A stretch of DNA of 64,000 nucleotides from a virus. The notes under the pieces are model-generated. The model saw nothing but the letters and a program-made list of their open reading frames with translations. It ran no database searches and was not told where the DNA came from. Shown here one piece after another: positions 46,962-56,808 of this stretch. The first letter of the stretch is position 1. Each line of letters opens with the position of its first letter. The position numbers were made by a program, and so were the translations under genes. The stretch lies in IMG/VR virus record IMGVR_UViG_3300028597_000007. One strand, written 5' to 3'.

Positions 46962-47515
46962 CGTGTTTAGAAAGTAGCTAGACTATCTTTCCTCCCCTTG
47001 TCATTTGAAGTGCTGCATAAAAGCCAGCCTGATGGCTGACTGGACTTGATGGATTATTTCTGAACAGATGTTTTATACATTGTGAATACTACTACTACTA
47101 CAAAAGGGCTTCGCCCCCCTGGGGCGCATTCTCCGGTTGGCGGCCTCCTGCGGAGTCCTACCTAGGACGAAGCGCTCTTTACCAGCCATCTCCATTCCTT
47201 TCAGTCATTACAATGTCTAGTAACGCTGCTTCTACAATATCCTGCTCATTACAATATACACGCCCCTGTGGGGCTAAAATTAAAATAGTTTTTCTTTCTC
47301 TTTTCTCTCTTTGCTTTTGGGTTCCCTTAAGGGGAACTTTGGTTGGTATCCTTAGCTTGAGGCTTCGCCTAAACAAAGCTTGTAAACGCGCGGGGGCGCG
47401 GCTGGGCTAGCGTGTGTGCGGGGGCGTCAGCGCGCCCTCGATTGAACTTTCCTTCAGAACTAAATCATCTTGGTGAAGCGCTGTTCGAAAAAGAAATTTT
47501 CCGGGAGAACCCCTC
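46962..47515. other. non-coding, hairpin- and repeat-rich region at a strand divergence (candidate origin or ncRNA)
   Basis: (TAC)5, TACAAT x3, pyrimidine tract, several short GC hairpins. Confidence 0.45.
47456..47477 (+). promoter_or_regulatory. phage promoter-like motif
   Basis: agaactaaatcatcttggtgaa. Confidence 0.55.
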
Positions 47516-47986
47516 ATGGGACGCGTGATCAAGGTTCATGGATTTGACTCACCTCGTGTGGGTCGCATGGCAGACATGATGTTGCTACGGTGGAAGGAAG
47601 CTTTCCTTGTTGCTATGCCGGGAACGACTGTCTGGGAATACCTGGACGCGCTCCCAGCAGATAACCTGGAGATGGACTTCACTCCGAAGTTGTTTACACG
47701 GTTCACGCCGGGGATTGAATATCCCCAGTATTGGATCAGCGACTTCTACCACACCGTTTACTGGGACAGTCTGATTCTGGTTGGTCTGCACCCAGGTATC
47801 ATCTTTGCCGTACCCAACGATCCGGTGGTTCAGCGTTACGTGTTGCTTGGACAAGCAGCGCTGATGCAGCACTATCCTGATTGGTTCGCACGCTTTGGCC
47901 AGACTGGCTGGGCGAGTAATGCGGAATGGGTGAAAGCAGAAGTAGAAGAAGTGCCTCAGGTTAACTGGGTGCACCACACGTATTGA
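47516..47986 (+). CDS. hypothetical protein
   Basis: ggaga RBS. Confidence 0.65.
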   Translation: MGRVIKVHGFDSPRVGRMADMMLLRWKEAFLVAMPGTTVWEYLDALPADNLEMDFTPKLFTRFTPGIEYPQYWISDFYHTVYWDSLILVGLHPGIIFAVPNDPVVQRYVLLGQAALMQHYPDWFARFGQTGWASNAEWVKAEVEEVPQVNWVHHTY

Positions 47987-48059
47987 AACCGAGTAGTCTG
48001 CTAGGTAGCCCCTAGTGGACTTACTCACTTATGCCCTTTGGGCACCTTTAGGAGTTGTA

Positions 48060-48353
48060 ATGAAACCATCTAAGAAAATCACCATCGCTGAACTGGTCGA
48101 GGAGATCTGGGTTCGCGATAAGGTTCGGGTCGTGATTCACAAGGACCCAGAGTTCATCTGCCGCAACTATCGCTTCTCGCGAGCGCTGCACGGCAACCAC
48201 ACCATCGCTCACCTGAAAGATCGGGTACAGCGTCGGTTGGGCAAGTCTTTCAAGATCGTGCCAAGCTTCACGATCGTCCTGGGTAATGGGTCGATCAATC
48301 CACGGTCGGACATGCACCTGCGCACTGCGCGCAAGTCCTACAAGCGTGGGTAG
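48060..48353 (+). CDS. small basic protein, probable paralog of 40479-40763
   Basis: aggag RBS; shared pattern. Confidence 0.6.
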   Translation: MKPSKKITIAELVEEIWVRDKVRVVIHKDPEFICRNYRFSRALHGNHTIAHLKDRVQRRLGKSFKIVPSFTIVLGNGSINPRSDMHLRTARKSYKRG

Positions 48354-48432
48354 TCAGTATATTTGGAGAGCACTTTTAGAGGCGCTCCAAGATTACCGCA
48401 AAGAAAAATCAACTGATTCAAGGAATTCGAAC

Positions 48433-49224
48433 GTGACCATTGGTACCGACCCAAACGCAGCACGCGAAGCAAAACAACAATCCAAGCAGCACTCCCAGGA
48501 GCGCATGCGCGTCATTCAGATCATGGCGCCCAAGTCCTACGAATTCGACCACGAGTTCCGTACGGGCTTTGAGTTGGAGGTTGGCTTCTCCAACCGAAAC
48601 GTAGGCGAGCAGCCTATCGTGCGTTTCGAAAGCGTTGACGCAGCCTTCAAGGAACTGCCTGCACAGATCTGCCGTCAGGATTTGATGCCTAACCTGGGCA
48701 AGCCGTTCTTCTTTGTTCGCCAGGTTGAGCAGACCGGCAGCGATACCCGCAACCACCACCCGTACCTGCCAGAGGTTGAAACCTTTGTACCTGCAGGCAT
48801 GGCGGCGATCTACCGCAACATGTACGACACCTTCAAGTACCAGCCATGCATCATCCCACGCGATGGCGCTACCCCACAATCCACGGTGATGGACGTCATG
48901 GCGCTGGAGGTGTTCCACAATCGCACCAACATTGACTGGCTGTTCTCCCCAGATGTGAAGGCTGACGAGTTGGCCAAACGTTTGGGCTTCAATGGCGGTC
49001 AGAAAGATCCAGCTTACCAAGGCGAGTGGTCTGGTATCCTGGATAGCGTGGAACGTGCACTACGCAGCCGTCATCCACGTGATAGCTCGCGGTCCATGAT
49101 GCATCGTGCTAGCGACTGCGTCAACTACATGTACAGCGAGCACCTGCTCCCAGCAGACCCGCACGTACGCCAGCTCCTCCGCCTGCCAATTTCTACCCTG
49201 CGTAACTACGTGGAAGGTTTCTGA
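48433..49224 (+). CDS. hypothetical protein
   Basis: aagga RBS then GTG. Confidence 0.7.
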   Translation: MTIGTDPNAAREAKQQSKQHSQERMRVIQIMAPKSYEFDHEFRTGFELEVGFSNRNVGEQPIVRFESVDAAFKELPAQICRQDLMPNLGKPFFFVRQVEQTGSDTRNHHPYLPEVETFVPAGMAAIYRNMYDTFKYQPCIIPRDGATPQSTVMDVMALEVFHNRTNIDWLFSPDVKADELAKRLGFNGGQKDPAYQGEWSGILDSVERALRSRHPRDSSRSMMHRASDCVNYMYSEHLLPADPHVRQLLRLPISTLRNYVEGF

Positions 49225-49225
49225 C

Positions 49226-49495
49226 ATGAACGATCGTTTCAACAAAGACTTCGCTGATATCTTTGGCGACTTCACCAAGCAAGCCACCCTCGATCCCATG
49301 GCCTCCGCTCGCAACTGCATCGCGCCACGCGGCATGATGATGACGGGTGCGAAGTCCTACCCAGGTTCGGTTGGTGCTCGTCAGCCAGTGCCTGGCGTGC
49401 ATGGTGGTATGGTTCGTGGCCAAGAGCCACTGATCGTCAAAAGCGGCCACACCTCGATCACCCGCTTGGCTCTGCGGCATAAAGGCCAGCCGTAA
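49226..49495 (+). CDS. small hypothetical protein
   Basis: coupled ORF. Confidence 0.5.
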   Translation: MNDRFNKDFADIFGDFTKQATLDPMASARNCIAPRGMMMTGAKSYPGSVGARQPVPGVHGGMVRGQEPLIVKSGHTSITRLALRHKGQP

Positions 49496-49510
49496 GGCCG
49501 GCCCCAGTGC

Positions 49511-50332
49511 TCAAAGCAGTCCACCCACAATGGACTGAATGTGATCCAAATGCGAAAGCGGATCGGAGAGGATAGCTACCTTCTCCCACTTCTTCATCTG
49601 CTCTTCGTAGAGTTCGTTGGCATCGGAATAGCTGTCAACGATCTCCTTGAAGCGGCCAATGGACATACCGCCTGCGATCTGCGCCTCATCCATGGGGATG
49701 ACAATGTTGTTGTAGATGTACGCTTTAACGGCGAACTCGCACAACTTCTTGAAATGGCGCCAGGCTGCAGGTGGAATGTGGGACAGGGTGCTGTCGTTCT
49801 CCAGCTGGCAATCCAGATACATGGTACCTGCCAGGCGCAGAGGCGATCGTATGAGGATCATGTTGTCGCCGATGATCTGAAGATTGCTGTCAGACATCAG
49901 CGGCATGGCTTCACGCGATTGCTTCACGGCACGCATGGAGTCAACCAGGCTACTCGCTGCACCAAACTGCATCGAGACCGAACCGCCCAAGGCACCTGTC
50001 GGCGTACCGGTTACCATTGCATAGACTGCAGTGATCGACCGGTTGTTGGTACGGTTCTTTGGAATGGTGATTACCAGGCTCCAGTCGTCTTGTTGCTCTT
50101 GCACCAGGCCAACCAAGGAGACCAGCTCACGCTGACCCGAGATGAGGTTGATGCCGGGCAACACACGGCCTTCAATCACCTTGTCGCGGATCACGTGATC
50201 AATGCTGACCACGGGAGCGTTACGGCGTCCCCACGTCTCTCGGCGGATCAGGTCATTCTGAAAAGCTTCGCGAAGAATGGGCATCGGAATCAGATGCTTC
50301 AGTTCGTTAAGTGTATGCTGAATGGCGTTCAT
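49511..50332 (-). CDS. conserved-looking hypothetical protein divergent from PhuZ
   Basis: 273-aa ORF in the position typical of phiKZ-like core genes. Confidence 0.7.
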   Translation of the reverse strand: MNAIQHTLNELKHLIPMPILREAFQNDLIRRETWGRRNAPVVSIDHVIRDKVIEGRVLPGINLISGQRELVSLVGLVQEQQDDWSLVITIPKNRTNNRSITAVYAMVTGTPTGALGGSVSMQFGAASSLVDSMRAVKQSREAMPLMSDSNLQIIGDNMILIRSPLRLAGTMYLDCQLENDSTLSHIPPAAWRHFKKLCEFAVKAYIYNNIVIPMDEAQIAGGMSIGRFKEIVDSYSDANELYEEQMKKWEKVAILSDPLSHLDHIQSIVGGLL

Positions 50333-50414
50333 GATTTAAACTCGCAATGACCATTAGGTATTTATTAGCTAATACATGTTGATGAATGCCACATTTCCCC
50401 TAAGGAGCAATACC

Positions 50415-51467
50415 GTGACTCGTAAAGTAAACATTCTGGCTTGCGGCGGCTTTGGCCAAAACATGATGCTGGCTCTGTCCACTCGCCCCCTCTTCGAATC
50501 GATCAAGGACTCCCTGAACCTGGTCGCGTTCGACACCTCCGAGTCCAACCTCAAGCGCTTCGCTGGCTCCGCCATCGAGAAGCAGGTCAAGAAGGTGCTG
50601 GTCGAAAAGGCCGACGGCTCCGGCAAGCGTCGCGCTGAAAACCACGAAGCCATCACCGCCGTTGCCACCGACTTCGTCAACGACAACGGTGTCGAAAACG
50701 GCCTGGTCATCATCGTGTCCTCGGCCTCCGGTGGTTCGGGTTCGAAGTTCGCTGACGACCTGCACGAACTGCTGGCCAAGCGCGGCCATCGCGTGATCTC
50801 CATGATCCTGGGTACCGACGAGGACTCCGAGGCTCTGGGCAACACCGTCAAGACCATCAAAACCTACCGCCACAAGGCGAGCCTGTCCGACAAGAACTTC
50901 GCCATGTTCTACGGCCAGAACCGCTTCCCGGTCGAAGGCGAGGAAGGCAAGACCTACATCGACGAGGCGCGTGCCGACGAGCTGTTCGTGACCAACCTGG
51001 AAGACATCATCATGATCGGCCATCCAGGCAACGACACCCTGGACACCATGGACCAGCTGCGCTTCCTGAACTACCGCACCGACGCTGAAGGCGGCCTGAA
51101 GGGCCAGGGTCAGCTGCGCTTCCTGTCGCTGATTTCCCGTGGCGAGAAGGAAGACTTCCCGGACGATGAAGATGCCCCGGTATCGGCGCTGTCCCTGCTG
51201 TCCAAGCGTGGCGTTACCCCGCAGTTCCCAACCGGTACCGGCTACTCCACTCGTGGTTACCTGTCCGATGGTCTGACCTTCACCCACGACACCGTGGAAG
51301 TCCAGTACCAGCTGTTCTCCGGCCGTACCGGCAAGCTGGCCAACCAGCTGGCCAAGCAGCAGAAGCTGTACGACGATATCCAAGCCAAGCAGGCCCAGGC
51401 CAGCTCTGGCGACGAGATCAAGCGCAGCGAGCGTGATGAGCTGAGCGAATCTGGCAGCTTCCTGTAA
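50415..51467 (+). CDS. phuZ: phage tubulin PhuZ/TubZ
   Basis: ILACGGFGQN, SASGGSGS tubulin signature, acidic/hydrophobic C-terminal tail; aaggag RBS before GTG. Confidence 0.92.
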   Translation: MTRKVNILACGGFGQNMMLALSTRPLFESIKDSLNLVAFDTSESNLKRFAGSAIEKQVKKVLVEKADGSGKRRAENHEAITAVATDFVNDNGVENGLVIIVSSASGGSGSKFADDLHELLAKRGHRVISMILGTDEDSEALGNTVKTIKTYRHKASLSDKNFAMFYGQNRFPVEGEEGKTYIDEARADELFVTNLEDIIMIGHPGNDTLDTMDQLRFLNYRTDAEGGLKGQGQLRFLSLISRGEKEDFPDDEDAPVSALSLLSKRGVTPQFPTGTGYSTRGYLSDGLTFTHDTVEVQYQLFSGRTGKLANQLAKQQKLYDDIQAKQAQASSGDEIKRSERDELSESGSFL

Positions 51468-51474
51468 TACCCGC

Positions 51475-51523
51475 GCATGGGGCTGGCCTTCGGGCCAGCC
51501 TTTATGCCCCATCTTTTTTTTTT
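51475..51523 (+). terminator. GCAT/TATGC hairpin with T10 tract
   Basis: ggctggcc-ttcg-ggccagcc-tttatgcc...tttttttttt. Confidence 0.85.
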
Positions 51524-51554
51524 GTTAAACTAAACAAGGGGATGTAATGTATTG

Positions 51555-51654
51555 AGGTCTCTGCAGATACGGTCAGGTGTCTGCCCCGGTTGTCACGGTC
51601 CGGGTTGATTTCAGGCATGACTCCATCGCCTCCCTTCGGGGAGGTTTTTTTTTT
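51555..51654 (+). ncRNA. candidate small RNA ending in an intrinsic terminator
   Basis: two hairpins, a single-stranded linker, then cctccc-ttcg-gggagg-T10; no ORF upstream of this second terminator. Confidence 0.4.
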
Positions 51655-51670
51655 GCCCTAATTTCGAAGG

Positions 51671-52048
51671 ATGCCCCAAATGTCCTATATTCTCAGCAGC
51701 AAAGCCAACACCATTTTCAACCTGCGTTCGCTCATTACCGCCCCCATGATCCAGTCCCAAGTGCTGGTCAGTGTCTACCCGGATGGCAGGGTCCAGGCAG
51801 TGCTGTCCTATCAGGGCATCGTGGTTGAGCAGCCGGACGAGCGCCAGGACACCGACGAAACCCTGTACGCTGACGACATCCGTCAGCAGTACGCACAATT
51901 CGATGTTATCCAGGACGGCCTGCTGGACGTCGGGGTGGGCAACACCCATCGCATTGCCATCACCGAACACTCCCTGGAAAACGAGATGTTCGCATTCATC
52001 CCCATGACCATCCAGCCAAGTACCCACTTCGACGCCGGTGAAGAGTGA
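51671..52048 (+). CDS. hypothetical protein
   Basis: ORF packing. Confidence 0.65.
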   Translation: MPQMSYILSSKANTIFNLRSLITAPMIQSQVLVSVYPDGRVQAVLSYQGIVVEQPDERQDTDETLYADDIRQQYAQFDVIQDGLLDVGVGNTHRIAITEHSLENEMFAFIPMTIQPSTHFDAGEE

Positions 52049-52404
52049 TGGAGCCGCGCCTCGTCTATGGCCGTGACGAACACGGCAATGAGGTGACGCC
52101 ACTTGGCGTAGACTTCAAGCAGCAGTTCACGCTGGGTCAATTGGTTCTGGCCAGTCACGTACCTGAGACGATGATGTTCAAGGTGCGTGCCGATGGCAAA
52201 CCAGGCCACATGCTGCAGTACCAAGGCACTTGGCCTCTGCGCCGTCACAATGCCCAAGAGCCTGGCATCATCAACAACTACGCTCACTTCACCCCGTACA
52301 TTCGTAAGGGGCCTGGGGTGTGGGTACTGGACAACAACGGTCAGGTCTCGGTACCGCTCAGTAAAGAAGAGCTGCTGAGCCTTTACCAGTTCTATCAACT
52401 GTAA
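52045..52404 (+). CDS. hypothetical protein
   Basis: coupled ORF. Confidence 0.6.
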   Translation: MMEPRLVYGRDEHGNEVTPLGVDFKQQFTLGQLVLASHVPETMMFKVRADGKPGHMLQYQGTWPLRRHNAQEPGIINNYAHFTPYIRKGPGVWVLDNNGQVSVPLSKEELLSLYQFYQL

Positions 52405-52413
52405 GGAGACGAT

Positions 52414-52836
52414 ATGTTCAAGTTCGATCCGAGTGGCATCGTCGGGGTCAATTCTCACTTCGGTGTAATCCTCACCCCGTGTGTGTTTGTCGAAAACGCC
52501 ATCAATGGTAAAGAGGGTTACGACGTTACTCCGATGACCCCTGGCACCAACACCTCAACGATGTGGATGACCAAGGACCAGGCAGTCGACTGCACTGCAG
52601 TGATCGAAGAGCCCAACCTCCGCTTGATCCCGCATGAAGAACGCGCCATTCATGCCGAGCTGGCTGTCCATCGGCAGCGCATCCGCGAATTGAACGCCGA
52701 GGTTGCGAACCGCCACCCGCACTACAAGGCCAACGGCACCACCGACGTCCATGCGGTCAGTTTCCTGAACCCACAGATCGAGCTGCTTGAAAAGCTGGTT
52801 ACTCTCCTCGAAGAGAAGCTCGCGCACATCGACTGA
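52414..52836 (+). CDS. hypothetical protein
   Basis: aaggag RBS. Confidence 0.65.
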   Translation: MFKFDPSGIVGVNSHFGVILTPCVFVENAINGKEGYDVTPMTPGTNTSTMWMTKDQAVDCTAVIEEPNLRLIPHEERAIHAELAVHRQRIRELNAEVANRHPHYKANGTTDVHAVSFLNPQIELLEKLVTLLEEKLAHID

Positions 52837-52975
52837 CTGCGTAATACTATGCAAACCTACGTTTGCTACGGACGCGGTTAGTAGTGCCCAGAGCCGAGCA
52901 GTCTTTCCGATAGCCGAATGGCTGGGTCAACCGCTAAGCCAAAGCCCTGCCCTTCGGGGCAGGGCACTTATGCCC

Positions 52976-53203
52976 ATGGAGACCCCAATGCCTGGAGTAT
53001 TTCGTTGCGTCAGCTGTAACCACGTCGACCTCATGGACGTTCGCTATCCCCACGGCGAAGACATGGATGTAGACCTGCGCCCCATTCCCCTCATCTGTAC
53101 CCAGTGTGCTGGGCTCCCCTGGCACAACCGAATGGTCTATGAAGTGTACAACCCAGAACTTCATGACGTGGTGAATAAACCTTCTTCAAATACAACGGGT
53201 TAA
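52976..53203 (+). CDS. small zinc-ribbon protein
   Basis: CVSC...CTQC. Confidence 0.5.
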   Translation: METPMPGVFRCVSCNHVDLMDVRYPHGEDMDVDLRPIPLICTQCAGLPWHNRMVYEVYNPELHDVVNKPSSNTTG

Positions 53204-53333
53204 CCGGATCTATTGGTAAGACTCCTGCCGCTTTGCTCCTGTGCGGTTTAAGGTCTACCTGGACGAGCGCCCATCACTCTTTGGGGGAGTGGCTGTGAAC
53301 AGCTTGTCGGAAGGAAGTCGTTGTGTGTGGACT

Positions 53334-53372
53334 GCATACCCTCCGCCCTCGGAAGGGGCGGAGGGCTTATGC
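53334..53372. terminator. GCATA/TATGC-family hairpin
   Basis: gcata-ccctccgccc...gggcggaggg-cttatgc. Confidence 0.8.
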
Positions 53373-53504
53373 TGCTAGAAGGCTTCTGTAAAGCGCTATG
53401 AGAAGGATTTATAGTAGAACGGTATCACGCTATGGTTTAGGACATATAAGGCAACATAGAGCATTCTAGGCCCTTTCTGGATAGGTGCGATACGAGCCTT
53501 TTTG

Positions 53505-53526
53505 AAACCTAAATTATCAAGATGAA
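53505..53526 (+). promoter_or_regulatory. phage promoter-like motif
   Basis: aaacctaaattatcaagatgaa. Confidence 0.6.
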
Positions 53527-53546
53527 TTGGTCCTGGATATTCGTCT

Positions 53547-53888
53547 ATGAAGTTAACACCAATCCCCCAAGACCATACCACGTTCTTGTTCCACGTATCT
53601 GAGTATGAGCAGGACCTACTCCATGTCAACTGTGACATCGCCATGGAAGAGTATCTCGCTTGGCTCCTCGTGGATCTCGGGCTACCTGTCCTCACCCCAC
53701 CTTGGTGGACAGCGCCCGATCTTCCCTTTGAAGCACAGGTGACTCGTGATTTCCATATGAAGGAAATCTACAAGACGCTAACGGAAATGCTTTATGAAAA
53801 TGGATGGACAGGGGAAGAGGAACTGCTGGTGTGCGTCCAAGGTCGGGCTTATTGCTCGATCAGTTTTCTCAAGGAGCGTGCTGGATGA
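53547..53888 (+). CDS. acidic protein, divergent paralog array member
   Basis: TFLFHVSEYEQDL. Confidence 0.6.
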   Translation: MKLTPIPQDHTTFLFHVSEYEQDLLHVNCDIAMEEYLAWLLVDLGLPVLTPPWWTAPDLPFEAQVTRDFHMKEIYKTLTEMLYENGWTGEEELLVCVQGRAYCSISFLKERAG

Positions 53889-54460
53889 AATTCGTATTTG
53901 ACCTGGGCGAACAACTGGCTGAACTCCCTAAGCTGATACCTCAGGGTGGCTTCACCGAATCACTGGGTTTGAATCTGCTGGAGCCAAAGCACTGGCTTGA
54001 GTTTGTTCACACGGATGCCAAAGGTATTCTGCGTGAGAAGATTCTGGGCACCAACAACGACCGCGTACAAAACATGTTGGCCATTCTGCTCAAGGTGGCC
54101 AATGATGGCGGGGACGATGATCAGATCAAGTTCTTCGTCCGCGCAGTGCAAGAGTCCCACGAGCCACCGACCATTCCTGACCGTGGCGAAGATGGGGACA
54201 TCTATCCAAAGGACAGTCCAGAGCGCCGGTACCTGGAAGCGTTGGACGATCTGCTGGACGATATCTATTACGACATCGGCACGGAGCTTCATGAGTTCGT
54301 GTCTTCGTTCTACAACCGTGGTGATTTGTGGACGGTGGATGTCACACCGCACACCAAACACATGATCTTCAACTTCTGTTGCCAGCGCCATGTAGTTGAA
54401 GCCTCCGTTGTAGCTTCCGGGGGCAGCATGCATGACTTTGTGTACCACCTGATCGGATAA
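53885..54460 (+). CDS. acidic protein, paralog array member
   Basis: MKFVFDLGEQLAEL. Confidence 0.65.
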   Translation: MKFVFDLGEQLAELPKLIPQGGFTESLGLNLLEPKHWLEFVHTDAKGILREKILGTNNDRVQNMLAILLKVANDGGDDDQIKFFVRAVQESHEPPTIPDRGEDGDIYPKDSPERRYLEALDDLLDDIYYDIGTELHEFVSSFYNRGDLWTVDVTPHTKHMIFNFCCQRHVVEASVVASGGSMHDFVYHLIG

Positions 54461-54463
54461 CGC

Positions 54464-54952
54464 ATGAAGCAGTCATTCCATCCAGGGCCAATAGAGCCCA
54501 ACCCAGACTTCAAGATCGTCATCAATCTTGGAGAGATCATAGGTGCCTTCGACTATGACCTGGGAGACGATCGGTTTGCTACCATCGCTTCCCAGTTCAC
54601 TGGCGATACGTCGGGCTACTTGTGTCGCGGCATGATCCATTGCCTCCTGGGTATACCTGGAGGACTGTCGATCTCGGAAGCCGCTCGGTTCTTCCCCATT
54701 AACCTGCAACCATCTGCCACGATATTCCTGGAACACTTCTGGAATGCATTGGCAGCGGACATCGCCCGCATGGAAGGAATGATCAGGCAACAAAACCCTG
54801 GTCGTTCCTTCGACGCGAACCAAGTACCAACCCCAATGGTCAATGGTTACCACACCTTGACCATCTGGTACCACTGGTCTCTGGCCACACAACAACTGGA
54901 GGAACCTCTTGACTACGACGGGACTGACGAGCCCGAGGGTCGAGGGTTCTAG
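54464..54952 (+). CDS. paralog array member
   Basis: KIVINLGEIIGAF. Confidence 0.65.
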   Translation: MKQSFHPGPIEPNPDFKIVINLGEIIGAFDYDLGDDRFATIASQFTGDTSGYLCRGMIHCLLGIPGGLSISEAARFFPINLQPSATIFLEHFWNALAADIARMEGMIRQQNPGRSFDANQVPTPMVNGYHTLTIWYHWSLATQQLEEPLDYDGTDEPEGRGF

Positions 54953-54960
54953 GAGATGCG

Positions 54961-55398
54961 ATGAAAGCAGTCGTACACTGGGACCTGTCTGAAATGATTG
55001 GGGAGGCGGACTTCGCGTTCAAGCAACACTCCCCTTTCGTGGATGGGCACGATGAAATAATCAGGGACACGCCGGTAGAGTGGAAACATCTGCTGGCTGA
55101 CCTTGCTGCGATTGCATTGCGTGACCAAGCAGCTGGCACAGACGCGCTGGCTGACTTTGTCGAGAGCAACATCGGTCGCAACTACGAGTTCTTGGGATTG
55201 TTCTTCAAGTCCCAGGCTCGACGCTGGTATAAAGAGATGACGTGGTTCACCGACTTCACTGCCCGTGATTTCGATTGGTACGTTATCGATGACGTTACAC
55301 AACTCACCCCCATGATGCTGAGAGTGGCTATCCATGGCGGGTACTATTATGAGAACCCTGACGCATGTTTGGACATTACCGAGTATCCATTGATCTAG
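54961..55398 (+). CDS. paralog array member
   Basis: VVHWDLSEMIGEA. Confidence 0.65.
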   Translation: MKAVVHWDLSEMIGEADFAFKQHSPFVDGHDEIIRDTPVEWKHLLADLAAIALRDQAAGTDALADFVESNIGRNYEFLGLFFKSQARRWYKEMTWFTDFTARDFDWYVIDDVTQLTPMMLRVAIHGGYYYENPDACLDITEYPLI

Positions 55399-55940
55399 AA
55401 GAATCCATTGGAGAGATCGGCCTACTGCTGTCAGCGGTAACAGGCAACAAATTCAGCACCGAAATGACCACAATGGCATGCACACACTACAAGCACATGG
55501 CGCTTGTGTGTGCGTGTGCATTTATGATGTCGCCTGTTTCGCTGAGCTTGGCTGATCGTCACCGGGTGGTACAAGTACGCAACTCCATGGCTGAGAACAT
55601 TCAATCGGTTTATCCGATGTTCCAGCAAGAGGAATCCCGATGGGGCTATCAGGAGACCATGACCGTAGTGACTGAGTTGGCTTTCAACTTCGTCAACACG
55701 ATCCTGTTCTTCTATCCGCAACTTAAAGTAGCCCTGGGTCTGCCCCACTTGTATACATTCACACCTATCCAGATCGGAACACCTGAGAACTACTTGCCAG
55801 ATCCTCGGCAGATGGGTACCCCCCACGAGCAGAGAATGGCAGAGGCGTTCCCAGTGATCCGTGAAAGGAAGGACCCGGCCAACAGGTTGTCATTCACTCT
55901 TTGGGTGAGGCCTGGACCTAACCAAAGGCTACTGACCTAA
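55365..55940 (+). CDS. paralog array member
   Basis: RVSIDLEESIGEI. Confidence 0.65.
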   Translation: MFGHYRVSIDLEESIGEIGLLLSAVTGNKFSTEMTTMACTHYKHMALVCACAFMMSPVSLSLADRHRVVQVRNSMAENIQSVYPMFQQEESRWGYQETMTVVTELAFNFVNTILFFYPQLKVALGLPHLYTFTPIQIGTPENYLPDPRQMGTPHEQRMAEAFPVIRERKDPANRLSFTLWVRPGPNQRLLT

Positions 55941-56383
55941 TGAACCCGTATTGGAAGACCATCATGATCCTGCGATTATCCAGAGAAGATCATTTCTTCG
56001 ATCTGGGATTGGAGATTGGCAACATCGATGGTTACTGCACGGCGATCCTTGAACTTGTCTTAGAGGCAATTGCAATGGAACGCTTCAACACGCAGTACAT
56101 CCATACAGGTGCTCGTAGCGACTACTCGGTGCCGTGGAAGATTCAATTCCCCGGCACTGGTGCAGTTGAGTACCTGCAAAACTACGAACGCATCCTGTCA
56201 CGTTTTGTGTACATGACAGGCGGTAAGTTTGACACCGAGCGAATCATTGATGACCTGATGACGGTCTATGAATGGGTCGCCGATCCGATTGATCAAGAGT
56301 TCCCCGACTGGTCGATGCAGGCACCGGCCAAGATTGAGTTCACGCTGACTCCGGGGAGCTTTCAATTTGAGATAAGCAAATGA
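55940..56383 (+). CDS. possible paralog array member
   Basis: ILRLSREDHFFDL (weak match). Confidence 0.6.
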   Translation: MNPYWKTIMILRLSREDHFFDLGLEIGNIDGYCTAILELVLEAIAMERFNTQYIHTGARSDYSVPWKIQFPGTGAVEYLQNYERILSRFVYMTGGKFDTERIIDDLMTVYEWVADPIDQEFPDWSMQAPAKIEFTLTPGSFQFEISK

Positions 56384-56808
56384 TGCGTAAAAAGAGAGTA
56401 TTGGTCATCGACCTCACTGAGGAGGTTAATGACTACGTGGGAGATTTGCCTGAGGAGTCTTGGGGACTGGACTCCGAGACTTCCGAATACGGAGGACCCG
56501 ACGAGCTGGCAATCAGTGCAGCCTGTGGGTTCTTTGGTTACATCGATCCCAACTCGCCTAATCATGACGAGGAAGAGGAATTCGAGGACATGGACAAGGC
56601 CATCGGGCATAGCTGCACGCTAGAGCCCAATGATCAATTTTGGTTTGATGTGCACCATAATCTGAATCTGTTCAAGCCGCAGCTGCTCGCGAATGGATTG
56701 TTCTACGCGACAGACATAAGCTTCAGTAACAAGCGACTGGTCATTGAAGTGTCCAACGAAATGGATATGGCGAAACATCATGATAGAATCCAACCCCCCA
56801 GAAGCTGA
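56380..56808 (+). CDS. paralog array member
   Basis: VLVIDLTEEVNDY. Confidence 0.65.
   Translation: MMRKKRVLVIDLTEEVNDYVGDLPEESWGLDSETSEYGGPDELAISAACGFFGYIDPNSPNHDEEEEFEDMDKAIGHSCTLEPNDQFWFDVHHNLNLFKPQLLANGLFYATDISFSNKRLVIEVSNEMDMAKHHDRIQPPRS

Noticed and set aside
46974-46995. Additional copy of the promoter motif (tagctagactatc)
   Set aside because: Lacks the downstream TGA and has no suitably placed + strand gene.
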